From Podarcis gaigeae (Eukaryota): a stretch of 64,000 bases of DNA. The stretch lies in assembly GCA_964106915.2 (NCBI GenBank), contig OZ066914.1; one strand, given 5' to 3'. The notes under the pieces were generated by a model, which had not been told where the DNA came from, ran no database searches, and was given only the letters and a program-made list of their open reading frames with translations. Below are positions 52,901 through 64,000 of this stretch, in pieces; within the stretch, counting starts at the first letter, position 1; each line of letters begins with the position of its first letter. The translations under genes were made by a program, and so were the position numbers.

Positions 52901-54017
52901 GTCTCTCCTGCTTCTTCTGATCTCTCTCTACACTCCACCTCCTCTCCAATCACACCCATAAGTGAAATCAGTGTAAGGTGTGGTCTACCTGTACAGGAAA
53001 GTGCAAATGTCCTTGCTAATTATCTATTTTTGCTAGGGTTCAAAGTTTTCAGTCTCAGTATCCCATCCCTGGTAGGCTAATAAGGAACTGGAGTTGCTTC
53101 CTCATTTAGGACAGGTGGTTTAGAGAAGATCCTGTGTTCCTTTCCTTAGAGTCATGCTCTGTAATGGAAGTTCTTATGGTTATATCAGTAATTAACACCT
53201 GCCCTTGTCCTTGTATAGTTTATTAAGTTGGGCATTTTTAGTTAATGATTTCAGTCATTAGTAAAAAGAAGATTGCTGCAGCTTGTTTCAGCTTTGCATT
53301 TTCACTTAAGTATATAATGATACAAAATTATGTCAATGTTTTTAAGCTTTGAAGCAATATACATTATATATATATTTAATGGTTGAAAGCTTAAATGCTT
53401 GTTTTTGGAACTTGTGTGATGTATTTAGCCTCCCCCTGCAATACAGTCCCTGATGAAGGCTTAAATTTTAAATAGGTCAAAACACATTGGGCTTCTTTGT
53501 AAAGAAAGTGTGGCATTTTTACGTGCCATCCCAATCTCCAGGAACAGTGCAAGATTCCAGGGGTTCCAGGTGCACTGACCAGGGTCTGTGTTCCCTTTGG
53601 GGGCAATGAGGCACAGCAGAGACTGTTGTGTCTTTATGATATATGGTTTTACTTACACATATATACAGCCTGCACCTGGATGAAGGGCTTGCAGAGCTTT
53701 CACATCTTACAGGGTCCTGAACCAGGTAAGTCCTGATAGTGCACACAGTCCCAAGGGCAACACAAGAGAGAAGTCAGACAGTGCAAATGGTCAAAAACCA
53801 GTGCAGGTCCAATACAACAAGCAAGGTCCAAAGTCAATCCACACAGTCAGGTTCCTGCCTCTGCAGAAGATCCAGGGTTGGAACACCTGAGGTCAGCCCC
53901 AAAATGTGAAAGTTTGGATTTCCATTTCCATAATATTTCCATTTTTGCTTAGCAAGGCTAGGGAAATGTTTGTGGTTTTTGTGTTTCTCTGGGAACTGTT
54001 AAATCCTGCAGGCTCAG

Positions 54018-54031
54018 TATATATATATATA

Positions 54032-54062
<31 letters not shown>
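54018..54062. repeat. (TA)n/(TG)n microsatellite
   Basis: Direct inspection. Confidence 0.9.
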
Positions 54063-54926
54063 AGTCTGCAAAAGTTTGTCATATTAAATTGGTTAGTCTT
54101 TAAGATACCACATTCCTCCTAGTCCCCAATTAAAGTGTAGCGGATAGTGAATAATAAAAGGGTAAAAGTGAACCAAAATGGCTCCCAAGCAGGGCTGTGC
54201 TCAGGGCTCTGCAGACCATAAACCCACCACTGATTCTGCTCTTTTATAACAAATATATACCGTTCTATCTTCTGTGCTTAAAAGGAAGCTAAAATATATC
54301 TTTAAAATTGCAAAAGAGAGAGGCTTGGGAAGAGCTTTAAGGATGTAGATTAGATTGCATAATAGCTATTGATTATGCAATGCTTCCGGCCACCTCACCA
54401 TTGCTTGGAAAGCGAGGATTACATTTCACGTCTCCTGTTACCGAACAATCTCATTTATTTTGCAACAAACAAAGCTAGCAGGGAAACGGAAAAGCTAAAG
54501 AAACCTTCCAATCTAGTAGTATTACAAAAGAAACAGTGCACCAACAGCTATTAGCCCAGGATGCGTAAGCGGCCAATTTGGGCAATCAAGTGTGATGCCA
54601 TTGATGACACATACTGCTCTAATTGTGTCAACTTTCACACAGACACAGATTAAGCATCAGGCACTCATCACATCAAAGCTATTGGCATCTTTCTAGCACC
54701 TGGGTGTAACGGCATATTTAGTTTCCCTTTCTATTTAGCAAAAGGAAAAGTGACCTTCATAAGCTACAGGTAGCAAATGAAGACTAACAGTGAGACAGGA
54801 AGGGACAAACAAAAAGGTGACAAAATACAAGAGACACTTGTAAGGACAGACCTTTTTTTTCCTCACTCTCTGGCCTGGCCTACAAATCCAACCAACAGAG
54901 ATGGGAATGAAATGGGAGTTATGACG

Positions 54927-55095
54927 TTGTGTTGTTGTTTGTTTAGTCGTCTTAGTCGTGTTCGACTCTCTGTGACCCCGTGAACCACAGCATGCCTTGG
55001 AAACTCTCACTTTCTTCTCAAAGATTCTCCTTTTTATGCCCATGGAGTTTTCGTGGCAAAATACTGGAGTGGTTTGCCAGTTCCTTCTCCACATG
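54927..55095 (-). mobile_element. BovB-related 3' fragment
   Basis: GTTGTTGTTT..TTTAGTCG...GACTC..TGTGACCCC..GAACC and GGCAAAATACTGGAGTGGTTTGCCAGTTCCTTCTCC. Confidence 0.7.
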
Positions 55096-55229
55096 ACGTT
55101 GTAGAATGGTCTAAAAAGAAAAAGGTAAAGGACTTCTGGATGGTTAAGTCCAGTCAAAGGCGACTATGGGGTGCGGCACACATCTGCATACCACTCCTGA
55201 CTGCTTGGAAGCCCCACCTACCCCGCTTT

Positions 55230-57270
55230 TAAATGTCCTTGCAATTAGAAAACTAGAGCAACAGGGAATGGGCTGACCTCGAACAGTTCTCCCTCAGGTG
55301 CATTTTCCTGCAGCATATTTTTTTTTTAAAAAAACATAAGGTCATTAAAAAATAGTGTGTGCCAGATTATAATAAAAGACATGGTTTATAAACCACTGGT
55401 AGCATGAAAAAAAGAAAGGAATCTATAAAAAATAACTGGACAAGGGTTATCCAAGCTGCTAAATCCAATAACTTTGCTCTGTTATGGAACCCCATAGTGC
55501 TCTCCCAAACCAAAAGACCACCCATGGCAGACTGCCATATCTCCCCAAGGATTCGGGAGGTGTATTTTCAGGAGCCCTATAGGGATACCGATGGTGGGGT
55601 AGCAGGGCAAATCTGCTGTCTCACTTGCACCATTAACTACTAGAGAGTTGGGTTGAGGAAAAAGTCCAAAATTTATATACTGCAGTAAATTTTTGTTTTA
55701 GCAGGATTGCTCCACAAAGGCTGAATGTGGGGGGTGTTGTCCACCTGGACTTTTATAGGGTTTACAGACAAAGGATTCATTTAAAACCCAATCAAAAATC
55801 TCCAGACATCTGCAGAGTGTAGTTGGCAAAATACTTATTGGATACAACTCTCTGTGAAGTCCGGTGTGCACCCTGACATGGCATCTCTTCAAGGGCCCCT
55901 CGCTTCTTAGTAAAGTTCTGAAGTCTTCATAAATACAAGCCTACATACTAAAAGGGAGAATTGTAGCCTGAGATTTATGTTTACATAGATAACAAGCCTA
56001 CATAAGGGCAAGTCGTCCTTGGTAAGCTGGGACGGCCGGACTCCCAATGGCCAGACTCCCCTAAATTTACTTCTTCAGAAGTTCACTCCCCAAATGCCTT
56101 ATCTTTGGTATTTCCAGCAACTGGACTTTGTGTCTTTTATGTACCAAGGATTTCAACAGAACCCAGATGTCTCATTCAAAGGGGGCTCTTTATAGGTTTC
56201 TCACACAAAGCATATTTTGGGGGGGGGCAGGCCCTTGGGGTCCCCCCACAGTGGAAGTGGCCAAAATATCCAAAACATAGAAAGTCTTCCAAAGTGGGAT
56301 CCTGTGACAAGAACAAAGACTGGCAATCTTATAGCTCAACAAAATCAGGGGAAAGCCCTGGGAGAAGATTTAATTCCTGATGAGACCATCAAAAACAACT
56401 TGGATTTTGGAGGCCCTATCCTATAACACCCCAACATTTTCTGAGAAAAATTCGGGCCACCTCACACTCCCTGTCACTTGCCCCCTCCCTGCCTCTGACC
56501 CCTTCCTCATCCGTCTGCTTGCCCCCCCTTGTTGTCTTCAGCATCCGAAAGTGGTCCCCACAGGAAGCTTCATCTCCTGACACTACGCTGCCTTGAGTGG
56601 CCTCCAGGAGGTCTCTCCAGCCGGTGAAGCGTCGTGAAATGCTGAAGGTTTCTGGGAGGTTGCGGTGTGTCCTGGTGCAGGAAAATTGGGGCATCCTGGG
56701 TTGCTTTCAGAAGCCGGGGTAGCTTCTGTAATTTTGGGGTGTCACCTGCATCAATACCTATTGACCCCCCAAAGATTTTGGACTTTCAGTCATTATCCCA
56801 ATATATAAAGAAGGGAAGAAAGATGATCCTGCTAATTATAGGCCAATCAGCCTCCTCAGCATAATCAGCAAATTGTATGCAAGGCACCTGCAATGGAAAT
56901 TTCAGGACTGGCTGGAACAAGAAAACATCCTTGCAGAGGAAAATCCGGATTTAGGGAAGGCTGCTCCACCACTGACCAGTGTTTAGTACTCCAACACTGA
57001 ATCGAGAAATACTCCTCTCGCAGCACAGTCTCCCTTTATGCTGTCTTTATTGACTTTAAAGCAGCCTTTGACTCCATATCCAAACTATGGAAAAAATTGG
57101 AGGCCTCCCCACTTGACAGGTGCTTATTATATTTAATATGCATGTTACATGACGGGACCTCGCTAAAAGTGTGATGTAACCCCCTGGGGCCATCTCTCCA
57201 ATGCTATTGGAACTGAGAAAGGTGTCAAACAAGAGTGCATACTGGCCCCACTCTTATTTAACTTCTTATG
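55230..57270 (+). mobile_element. Decayed LINE reverse-transcriptase fragments (RTE-X-like), split by about 1.1 kb of unrelated sequence (~55640-56780)
   Basis: Frameshifted motifs IYKKGRK.DPANYRPISLLSIISKLYAR, FIDFKAAFDSI and GVKQECILAPLLFNF. Confidence 0.75.
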
Positions 57271-57490
57271 CTTGTTCACTGTAACTAAGAGTATGAGTAT
57301 GCACACCCTCTACTTCTGCAGCTGCCCTATTGACTATCAAGCATGTTTTATTTATGTATGGAGGTGCTTTTATCTTATGCTGTCCTTAGGACCATAATAA
57401 AGATTTGGATTTGGAGATATGGTTTAGAACCAAAGCAGAGTTATGAGTTCACAATGTACTGATATTTATGAAGAAGCATTATGGTAAATA

Positions 57491-57598
57491 TGAGTTTGAC
57501 CAAACTGCGGGAGGCAGTGGAAGACAGGAGGGCCTGGCGGGCTCTGGTCCATGGGGTCACGAGGAGTCGGACACAACTAAACAACTAAACAACAACAA
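57491..57598 (+). mobile_element. BovB/RTE LINE 3' end, 5'-truncated
   Basis: AAACTGCGGGAGGCAGTGGAAGACAGG...GGGGTCACGAGGAGTCGGACAC...(AAC)n, with 14-bp TSD CATTATGGTAAATA (57477-90, 57599-612). Confidence 0.9.
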
Positions 57599-59368
57599 CA
57601 TTATGGTAAATAGAAATAGATATCCTTTCTTTATCTTGAAAAGTATTAGTGAAATTGGTGAAATCATGTTCTTCATGTGTTCATCATTTGAGATTATTAG
57701 TATGTACAGGTAGTATAGCCTTATGTTAGGCTACCATGAAAATTTCTGCTCATGGATGAAGCATTATAGCTTCTTTGCTTATTCTTGTTATGAGCAATCA
57801 TTTTAATTATCTTTTCTTTCATATGGAAATATTTATATTGCAATAATAAAAAATAAAATTGATGTGCTTCCTGCAACAATGAAAAGTTAAGCTCCACCTT
57901 TAGTCTGAAGACATACAATCCTCTTAACCTCCTCAAGATATACTGCATGTGCAAAATTTGCTCTGCATACAAATCTCTCAGGGAGATTTGGCTGAAGGTT
58001 CCACATACATTTTTATCCTCCCTGTTGTTTATCTGGGTCTGTGTTATCCAGAATTGGCTAGAGGTTGGGGTCTGGGAATTGTTTCACAATAATATGACAG
58101 GTAATTTCCAGAAACAACTGAAGGCATTTTCATTCTGCCAACCTTTGCAGCTGAATGAATAGGTGTCTGCCACAGGTGTTGCACTGTTTTAAAACTTGTA
58201 TACATATATACAGCATGAGTCGGATGGAGAAAGGTCAGAACTTGCACATTCCAAGAGGGTCCCTTGCTTCTCCCGTAGATGCAGCAGGCTTGAGTGCAAG
58301 AATAGAGCCTTCCGCACAGCCTACATAATCCAAACTGAAATCCTAAAGCCTTTTTTTTTTTGCCTCTGCCCACTAACACACAGCTGAAGTGGGGATCCAT
58401 CCCTCTTTGTCTGGCAGAGAGTAACCACTTTGTTAATCGCCCATTATCTTTCTTTTGTTCTACATAATGGCTCTTCTGCCAGGTGATCTCCCAATCAGGA
58501 AAAACTAGTGTAGCCTGAGGCTGTTAAATCCAACATCTGGCACCTTCTCTTAATGCTCCAAGTATTGGTTAAATTCTAACATTTACGGTACTAATTCTAG
58601 GAATTATAAGGAGGATCAGGCAGCCAGGAATTGAGAGGGTCCTTACCCAACTAAACTTAAAACGATACTATCAGATTGCTTTCATTTTAAAGTTCCCCAT
58701 AGGTAAATCACTCATGGGCATCATGACCACACTTTTTCAGAATTCTGAGTAACCCATTTTCTTCTAACCTTTGATTAAAACTAAGGCACTAGACATGGGC
58801 CTTCTGACAAACCACCCTACTTACATTGTCTCTGATAAGGGTCCCTGACAATGACACATGCCTGGATCATCATTGGCTCGAGATAATGATAGGAAAGAGC
58901 AAGGCATCACTGTTTTTGTGGTTAGCGAAGGTGTGTACAAGCATTACTCAGTGAAAGGTTCTTAAGACGGCTCACAAGCGACATTCCAAGCATCTAGATT
59001 TTCCCCATAACTTCTCAACAGCCACAAAAGAAAAGTCAATGTTTATTGCTCAAACTAGCTTATGCACATGAAAATGAGGACAGAATGGCAGAGCCACATA
59101 ACAAACCCAGAACTAGTATACTGTATGTGATAAAAAAAAACCCAAGTTTAATCCTCCTCTGAACTACGTGCCATGCTGTATTCTGGACTAATTCTTCTGA
59201 TCACTGTATTTGATTGTTGTTGTTCTTGTTCCTGCGAGATAATAATTTGTTCCTGGTGCTAAAACTTATCTAGATCCCAATTACTGCTTTGAAAAGCATA
59301 TATACTCAGTCTATAATCTTGTAGTATTGCTATCATGTGTTCTGCTCTTCAAGGACAGACTTAAGAAT

Positions 59369-59704
59369 CAGCGTCTAGGACTTGCCGATTGAAAGGTCGG
59401 CGGTTCGAATCCCTGCGGCGGGGTGCGCTCCCGCTGCTCGGTCCCAGCGCCTGCCAACCTAGCAGTTCGAAAGCACCTCCGGGTGCAAGTAGATAAATAG
59501 GGACCGCTTACCAGCGGGAAGGTAAACGGCGTTTCCGTGTGCAGCTCTGGCTCGCCAGATGCAGCTTTGTCACGCTGGCCACGTGACCTGGAAGTGTCTC
59601 CGGACAGCACTGGCCCCTGGCCTCTTAAGTGAGATGGGCGCACAACCCCAGAGTCTGTCAAGACTGGCCCGTACGGGCAGGGGTACCTTTACCTTTACCT
59701 TTAC
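59369..59704 (+). mobile_element. Sauria SINE (young, slightly 5'-truncated)
   Basis: GGTTCGAATCC B box, CpGs retained, (ACCTTT)n tail. Confidence 0.9.
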
Positions 59705-60039
59705 TTTAAAGCTTCTAAATAGATACAGGCAGGTTCTTTGTGTTGGTAACAGCCAAGCTATTGTCATATAATTTAGGAGGACTGATTCTTCCTGAATTAG
59801 TCCAATACTTGCGCACCTTCTTTTTCTGGGGGTTGTCTATAAAGGATGACAAACCAGCAGTGCACCCCATTTGCAGAATGGCTTTTCGTTTGCTCAGTGA
59901 CATTTTTATTCCCCCCCCCCCCTACAGTCCCCCACTTTCAGTTTGTTGCAGAGGTGGACACAGCAGGGAGGAGATGAAGGGAAAGTTCTGTTGTATCAAA
60001 AGGCATAGCATTGGATATTGCCCAGTATCATTATATAGT

Positions 60040-61077
60040 GTTGTGAGTTTGAGGGGGGGGGGTGTACGTGTGCCAGACTCCTCTAATCTCTGGATCCAGC
60101 AAGTGTTAAAAGTGACTCAAGCCTTCTAGTTCCGGAAGGTGGCCAATCTAGCTTCCTGGTGAGGTGATGGGGGATTAAGGGGCTCAGTGTGGGGTGGCAA
60201 ATGGGTAGGGCCCCCTTCCTCAACAGATAAAGCCAGTGCTGAGAGCAGAGTTGACAGTGATGTGAACAAAAATCAAAGCAGCAAGCATGGGAGAGAGCCA
60301 TGCTGGATCTCAGTTTGGATCCAAAGCTATGGCTATGGGAGAAATGAGACCCTTTGAGGGGTGTTAATGCTGTGAAGCCCTCCATCGTAGGCTGATAGAA
60401 TCATAGCATTGTAGAGTTGGATGGGACCCTGGGGGTCATCTAGTCCAGCCTCCTGCAATTCAGGCATCTCAACTAGATCATACATGACAGATGGCCATCC
60501 AACTTCTCCAATGAAGGAGGGTCCACCACCTCCCAAGGGAGTCCTTTCCACTGTTGAACAGCTCTTACTGTTCTCCCTGATATTTAGCTGCAATCTGCTC
60601 CTTGGTTCAAGTGTCCTGCCCTTTGGAGCAGAAGAAAGCAAGCTTGGTCCATCTTCCATGTGATAGCCATTGAGATATCTCCTCACAGTCTCCTTTTACT
60701 CAGGCTAAAGATACCCATCTCGGGCTTAAGGACAACTTTTACAAATAGGAGACATTTGCTATAAGAATTCAAAATTTCTGCTTTGTTAGTCACTTCAGTA
60801 AAAATATGGTTTTAGTGATTAACTGCATTCTATCAAGATCCAGAAAAAACATGTCAGAAGTGCTGTTTGATGCTTTCATTGGTATCTATCTATACATACA
60901 CATTCCCAAGTGAGAGAGAAAGAAAGTTGTATAGATGTGTAAATAAGCCATATATCATAAAGACACCACAGTCTCTGCTGTGCCTCATTCCCAAAGGAAA
61001 CCTGAATGCTGGGTGGGTGCCTGGACCCCTTGGTATCTCACACTGCTCAGAGATTGGGATGGCATGCGCCAATACCA
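60040..61077 (+). mobile_element. LTR-like repeat copy A, interrupted by a CR1 3' fragment (~60396-60720, - strand)
   Basis: Shares the blocks GGTGTTAATGCTGTGAA.CCCTCCATCGTAGGCT and GTTGTATA.ATGTGTAAATAA.CCATATATCA.AAAGACACCACA with copy B. The CR1 tail ATAGAATCATAG sits at the break. Confidence 0.6.
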
Positions 61078-62099
61078 AAAGTGGTGAGACGGCTGGCCAA
61101 AAGGCTTTCTTATTTCAGTGCTTTCCCTTGGGTAACATTTCCCTTCTCACCTGCCTTTACTTCCCTTTCATCTATTTTCTAATATCATTTGAATTAGCTG
61201 CAGTTTGCAGAGTCAGTACAATTTTTTCAAATGTAGGTTGAAGGCAACTGCTCCCTTTGCTGCTGGCTGAATGCTTTGCATGCTGAGACTGGTTTCATTT
61301 CTTCTCCAGGTGAGACCAAATGGCAGCCAAGCGCTTTCCATGTCTGCTACTTTGCATTTAATTTCAAAAGATACTCCTCTGCATTTTCTTTCATCGTTTA
61401 TACTCTTATAGAGTAAATAGCTTTTTAGGGTGTTTTCACAATGGACACCAAGATTGGCTGTTCAGTCTGGAATTGGGTGACTTGTGAAGGTGGCTAAAGT
61501 TGAATGGAAAAGCAGTGAGTTTTGTCTATTAGCCGTTTATATAAAGAATTTGCATGTGCATCACACAGCTGTATGGCACTCAGCCTGTGTCTGAAAAGCA
61601 TTGTGTAATTTCATATAGTTCATTCAGCATGCAACCTTGGGTTGAAAGAGCTGGCATTCTGCAGAACTTGCCTACATCCTGTTCTGCTCACATGAAAGAG
61701 GTGCAGGGCACTTCTCAGAAGCTGAGCAGACTTTGCTGATGTCTGATGGCAGAGATCCAATGGGCTGCTTCATAAGCCCAGTGGCAGCAGCTGGTACAAG
61801 CTCTCTGGAGTACAGCAATCCATATTTCTCCTCTAGTTTCTCAAGGAATGCTGCTGTTTGATACATTTCCCCTCAAACCAGCTTACTTCCAATCTGAAAA
61901 TGTGAGGCACATTTATATTGCAATTAAACTGAGTTGTGCACATTTCAGACAGTTATTAGTTTTATTATGGAATAAAGTCTCTGTTGTTCAAGATGTATTT
62001 CATTTTATTTGCCTTGCAACAACTGTGAGTTCTGTTTCTGCTCCTAATATGATTACACCTGTTCTCTTGCGGTTTTGGTTGCTTACAGTATGCTTTTCT

Positions 62100-62285
62100 C
62101 ACTCTCGTCTTTTCCCTGGCAGAGTGGAAGAGGCGCCAGAAGCGGTTTAGTCCTGCTGGTCACATGACCACATGCTGTCTGTGGACAAATGCCAGCTCCC
62201 TTGGCCTGAAAGCAAGATGAGTGCTGCAACCCCATAATCACCTTTGACTGGACTTATCTATCCAGGGGTCCTTTACCTTTTTACC
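62100..62285 (+). mobile_element. Sauria SINE 3' half
   Basis: GCCAGAAGCGGTTTAGTC.TGCTGG.CACATGACC...GGGGTCCTTTACCTTT. Confidence 0.75.
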
Positions 62286-62294
62286 TAGCCCAAT

Positions 62295-62761
62295 ATATTA
62301 GAATTTGGGAAATTCGGTGGTTGAAGTAGCCAAGCCAGATTCTTGGTGAGTTAAGGAGCCTAAGCGGGGTCATTAGTATAACAAAAGGAAGTAGCTTTGT
62401 GCCAGAGGGCAAATGGGTGGGCATGGCTGGTAGGGAGAAGGACAATAGGCATAGTTGAGTTGTGTGAGCTGCGCTAGAAGTAGGCACAAGACAGTGAGTG
62501 AGAGCCATGCTTGATTTCTGCTGAAATCCAAGGCTGTGGTTATGAGGGAAGCACGGCTCTCTTGAGGTGTTAATGCTGTGAACCCCTCCATCGTAGGCTC
62601 ATGTTGTATATATGTGTAAATAAACCATATATCACAAAGACACCACAATCTGTTGTGTCTCATTTTGATGGAAACATGAACCCTGAGTAAGTGCCTATAA
62701 CCCCAGGAAGCTGACACTGCTTGGAGATTGATGTGGAAGGCAGCAGTAGCATCCGATAACA
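62295..62761 (+). mobile_element. LTR-like repeat copy B
   Basis: Homologous to copy A, with an internal AATAAA and ending ...GATAACA. Confidence 0.6.
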
Positions 62762-62947
62762 TTTTTGGGCTAAAGCATACTTTGGACAGAAATAGCCTCT
62801 GCATGCTATTTGCATCTCATAAGTTTATAAGGAGTTGATGCAGTGGTGCCAGATTCAAAACCACTTTCAAAATCAACATGACTAACTTGGGCCTTTTAAA
62901 TTTAAGGAAAGGGGAGCAGCAAATTGCACTTGGATGTTCAAACAGAG

Positions 62948-63076
62948 CAGTGTTTCTCAAACTTGGGTCTCCAGCAGTTTTTGAACTACAGCTTCCATCA
63001 TTCCTAGCTAGCAAGGTCAGGGATGATGGGAATTGTAGTCCAAAAACAGCTGGAGACCGAAGCTTGGGAAACACTG
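62948..63076. mobile_element. Palindromic hAT MITE (129 bp)
   Basis: CAGTGTTTC.CAA.CTT.GGTCTCCAGC.GTTTTTG.ACTACA... folds on its own reverse complement ending ...GGGAAACACTG. Confidence 0.85.
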
Positions 63077-63806
63077 AACTAAAGCTTCCAACCTTACAAA
63101 GGGATTCAAATGCCGAGCTGTCATCTTCCCTTTATTGCTGAAATCCTCTTTGAAGTTCATGTAGATCTTGAACCAGAATGACAATGTTTTGGTATTAAGA
63201 CTTGGCCCTGAGAACACTTCCAGATCCATGCTTGTTTCTTCTTTTTCCTACAACCAATCAGCTACCTACCTCTGTTTAATCATTAGCATAATTCAACTGT
63301 GGAGAGGAAATTAATTAATGTTGAAGTAGTGTTACTGACCTAATGTCAAACTCTTATAGCCAACCTACATTAATTTAACAAAATTAATCAATTCTATTCA
63401 TCTTATAGAAACAGTAAATTAAATTTACTTGCCACACTCCATTCAGGACAAAATATGTTGTATGAATGAAGAGTGCAAAGACTTGAAGAGTTAAAAGAAA
63501 AAATTGCAGTGCCTATATCCTTTGAAAGGGAGCTCTGAGAAATTGCGCCAGCATGACACTCCCACAGTGTGTTGCAAAATTACCACGCCGTCCTCCACCC
63601 CTGCGTGGCCTCTCCACTTGGAACATTCGTGGCTTGGTGAAATGAATATTATTGATTGGCCACTGTGTTACCACAGTAACTTATGACTAAGGCACACATT
63701 CAGGGCTTAGCCACACTTACCTTTGCTCTGTGCCAAAGGAGTAGCCAGGATTTTTGTTGTTGGGGGGCAGAACCTCAGATTCGTATTGATTTGTATTGCT
63801 TTTTAT

Positions 63807-63976
63807 CAGTGGCATAGCGTGGGTTGTCAGCACCCGGGGCAAGGCAAGTAATTTGCACCCCCTAACCCTTGGATTTGCGCCCCCTAACCTGTGGATTTGC
63901 GCCCCCTAACCCTAACCCCCCGATGTTGCGCCTGGTGCGGCCGGCCCCCCCCTGCACCCCCCACGCTACGCCACTG
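63807..63976. mobile_element. hAT MITE (170 bp)
   Basis: Perfect 8-bp TSD CTTTTTAT (63799-806, 63977-84); TIR CAGTGGC(A/G)TAGCGTGGG. Confidence 0.92.
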
Positions 63977-64000
63977 CTTTTTATTGATTCCCCTCTTCCC

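Noticed and set aside
52420-52995. Possible solo LTR (TG start, CCAAT boxes, TATAAAA)
   Set aside because: No TSD or second copy found to define its ends.
44400-64000. ABCA12 first exon expected from mammalian synteny
   Set aside because: No ABCA-like N-terminal coding exon was recognised; the gene probably starts beyond the window.

Overview
This is eukaryotic (vertebrate) genomic DNA, not prokaryotic. Sauria SINEs, BovB tails and CR1, Penelope and hAT/Tigger MITEs point to a squamate reptile, plausibly a lacertid lizard. The left edge holds the last coding codons and 3' UTR of fibronectin (FN1, + strand). FN1 lies tail-to-tail with a complete 16-exon ATIC (purH) gene on the - strand: CDS 36273->6532, all introns GT-AG, 1782 nt = 593 aa + stop, with a CpG-island promoter at about 36.0-36.9 kb. 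The right 27 kb has no recognisable protein gene and is mostly transposable elements, and nearly all ORFs in the supplied track are spurious. Most notable observations: (1) a TSD-flanked Penelope insertion with an intact minimal hammerhead ribozyme about 0.8 kb upstream of the ATIC start codon; (2) a complete 2.0-kb L1-derived element with a promoter, a shortened ORF1 and no ORF2; (3) a 2.6-kb hAT element with a perfect 8-bp TSD that carries a homogeneous 154-bp satellite array; (4) a 141-bp-arm near-perfect hairpin in ATIC intron 13; (5) a fibronectin C-terminus ending in RGD; (6) a degenerate interstitial telomere-like tract. I cannot support a wholly new biological system from this sequence alone; these are candidate leads.
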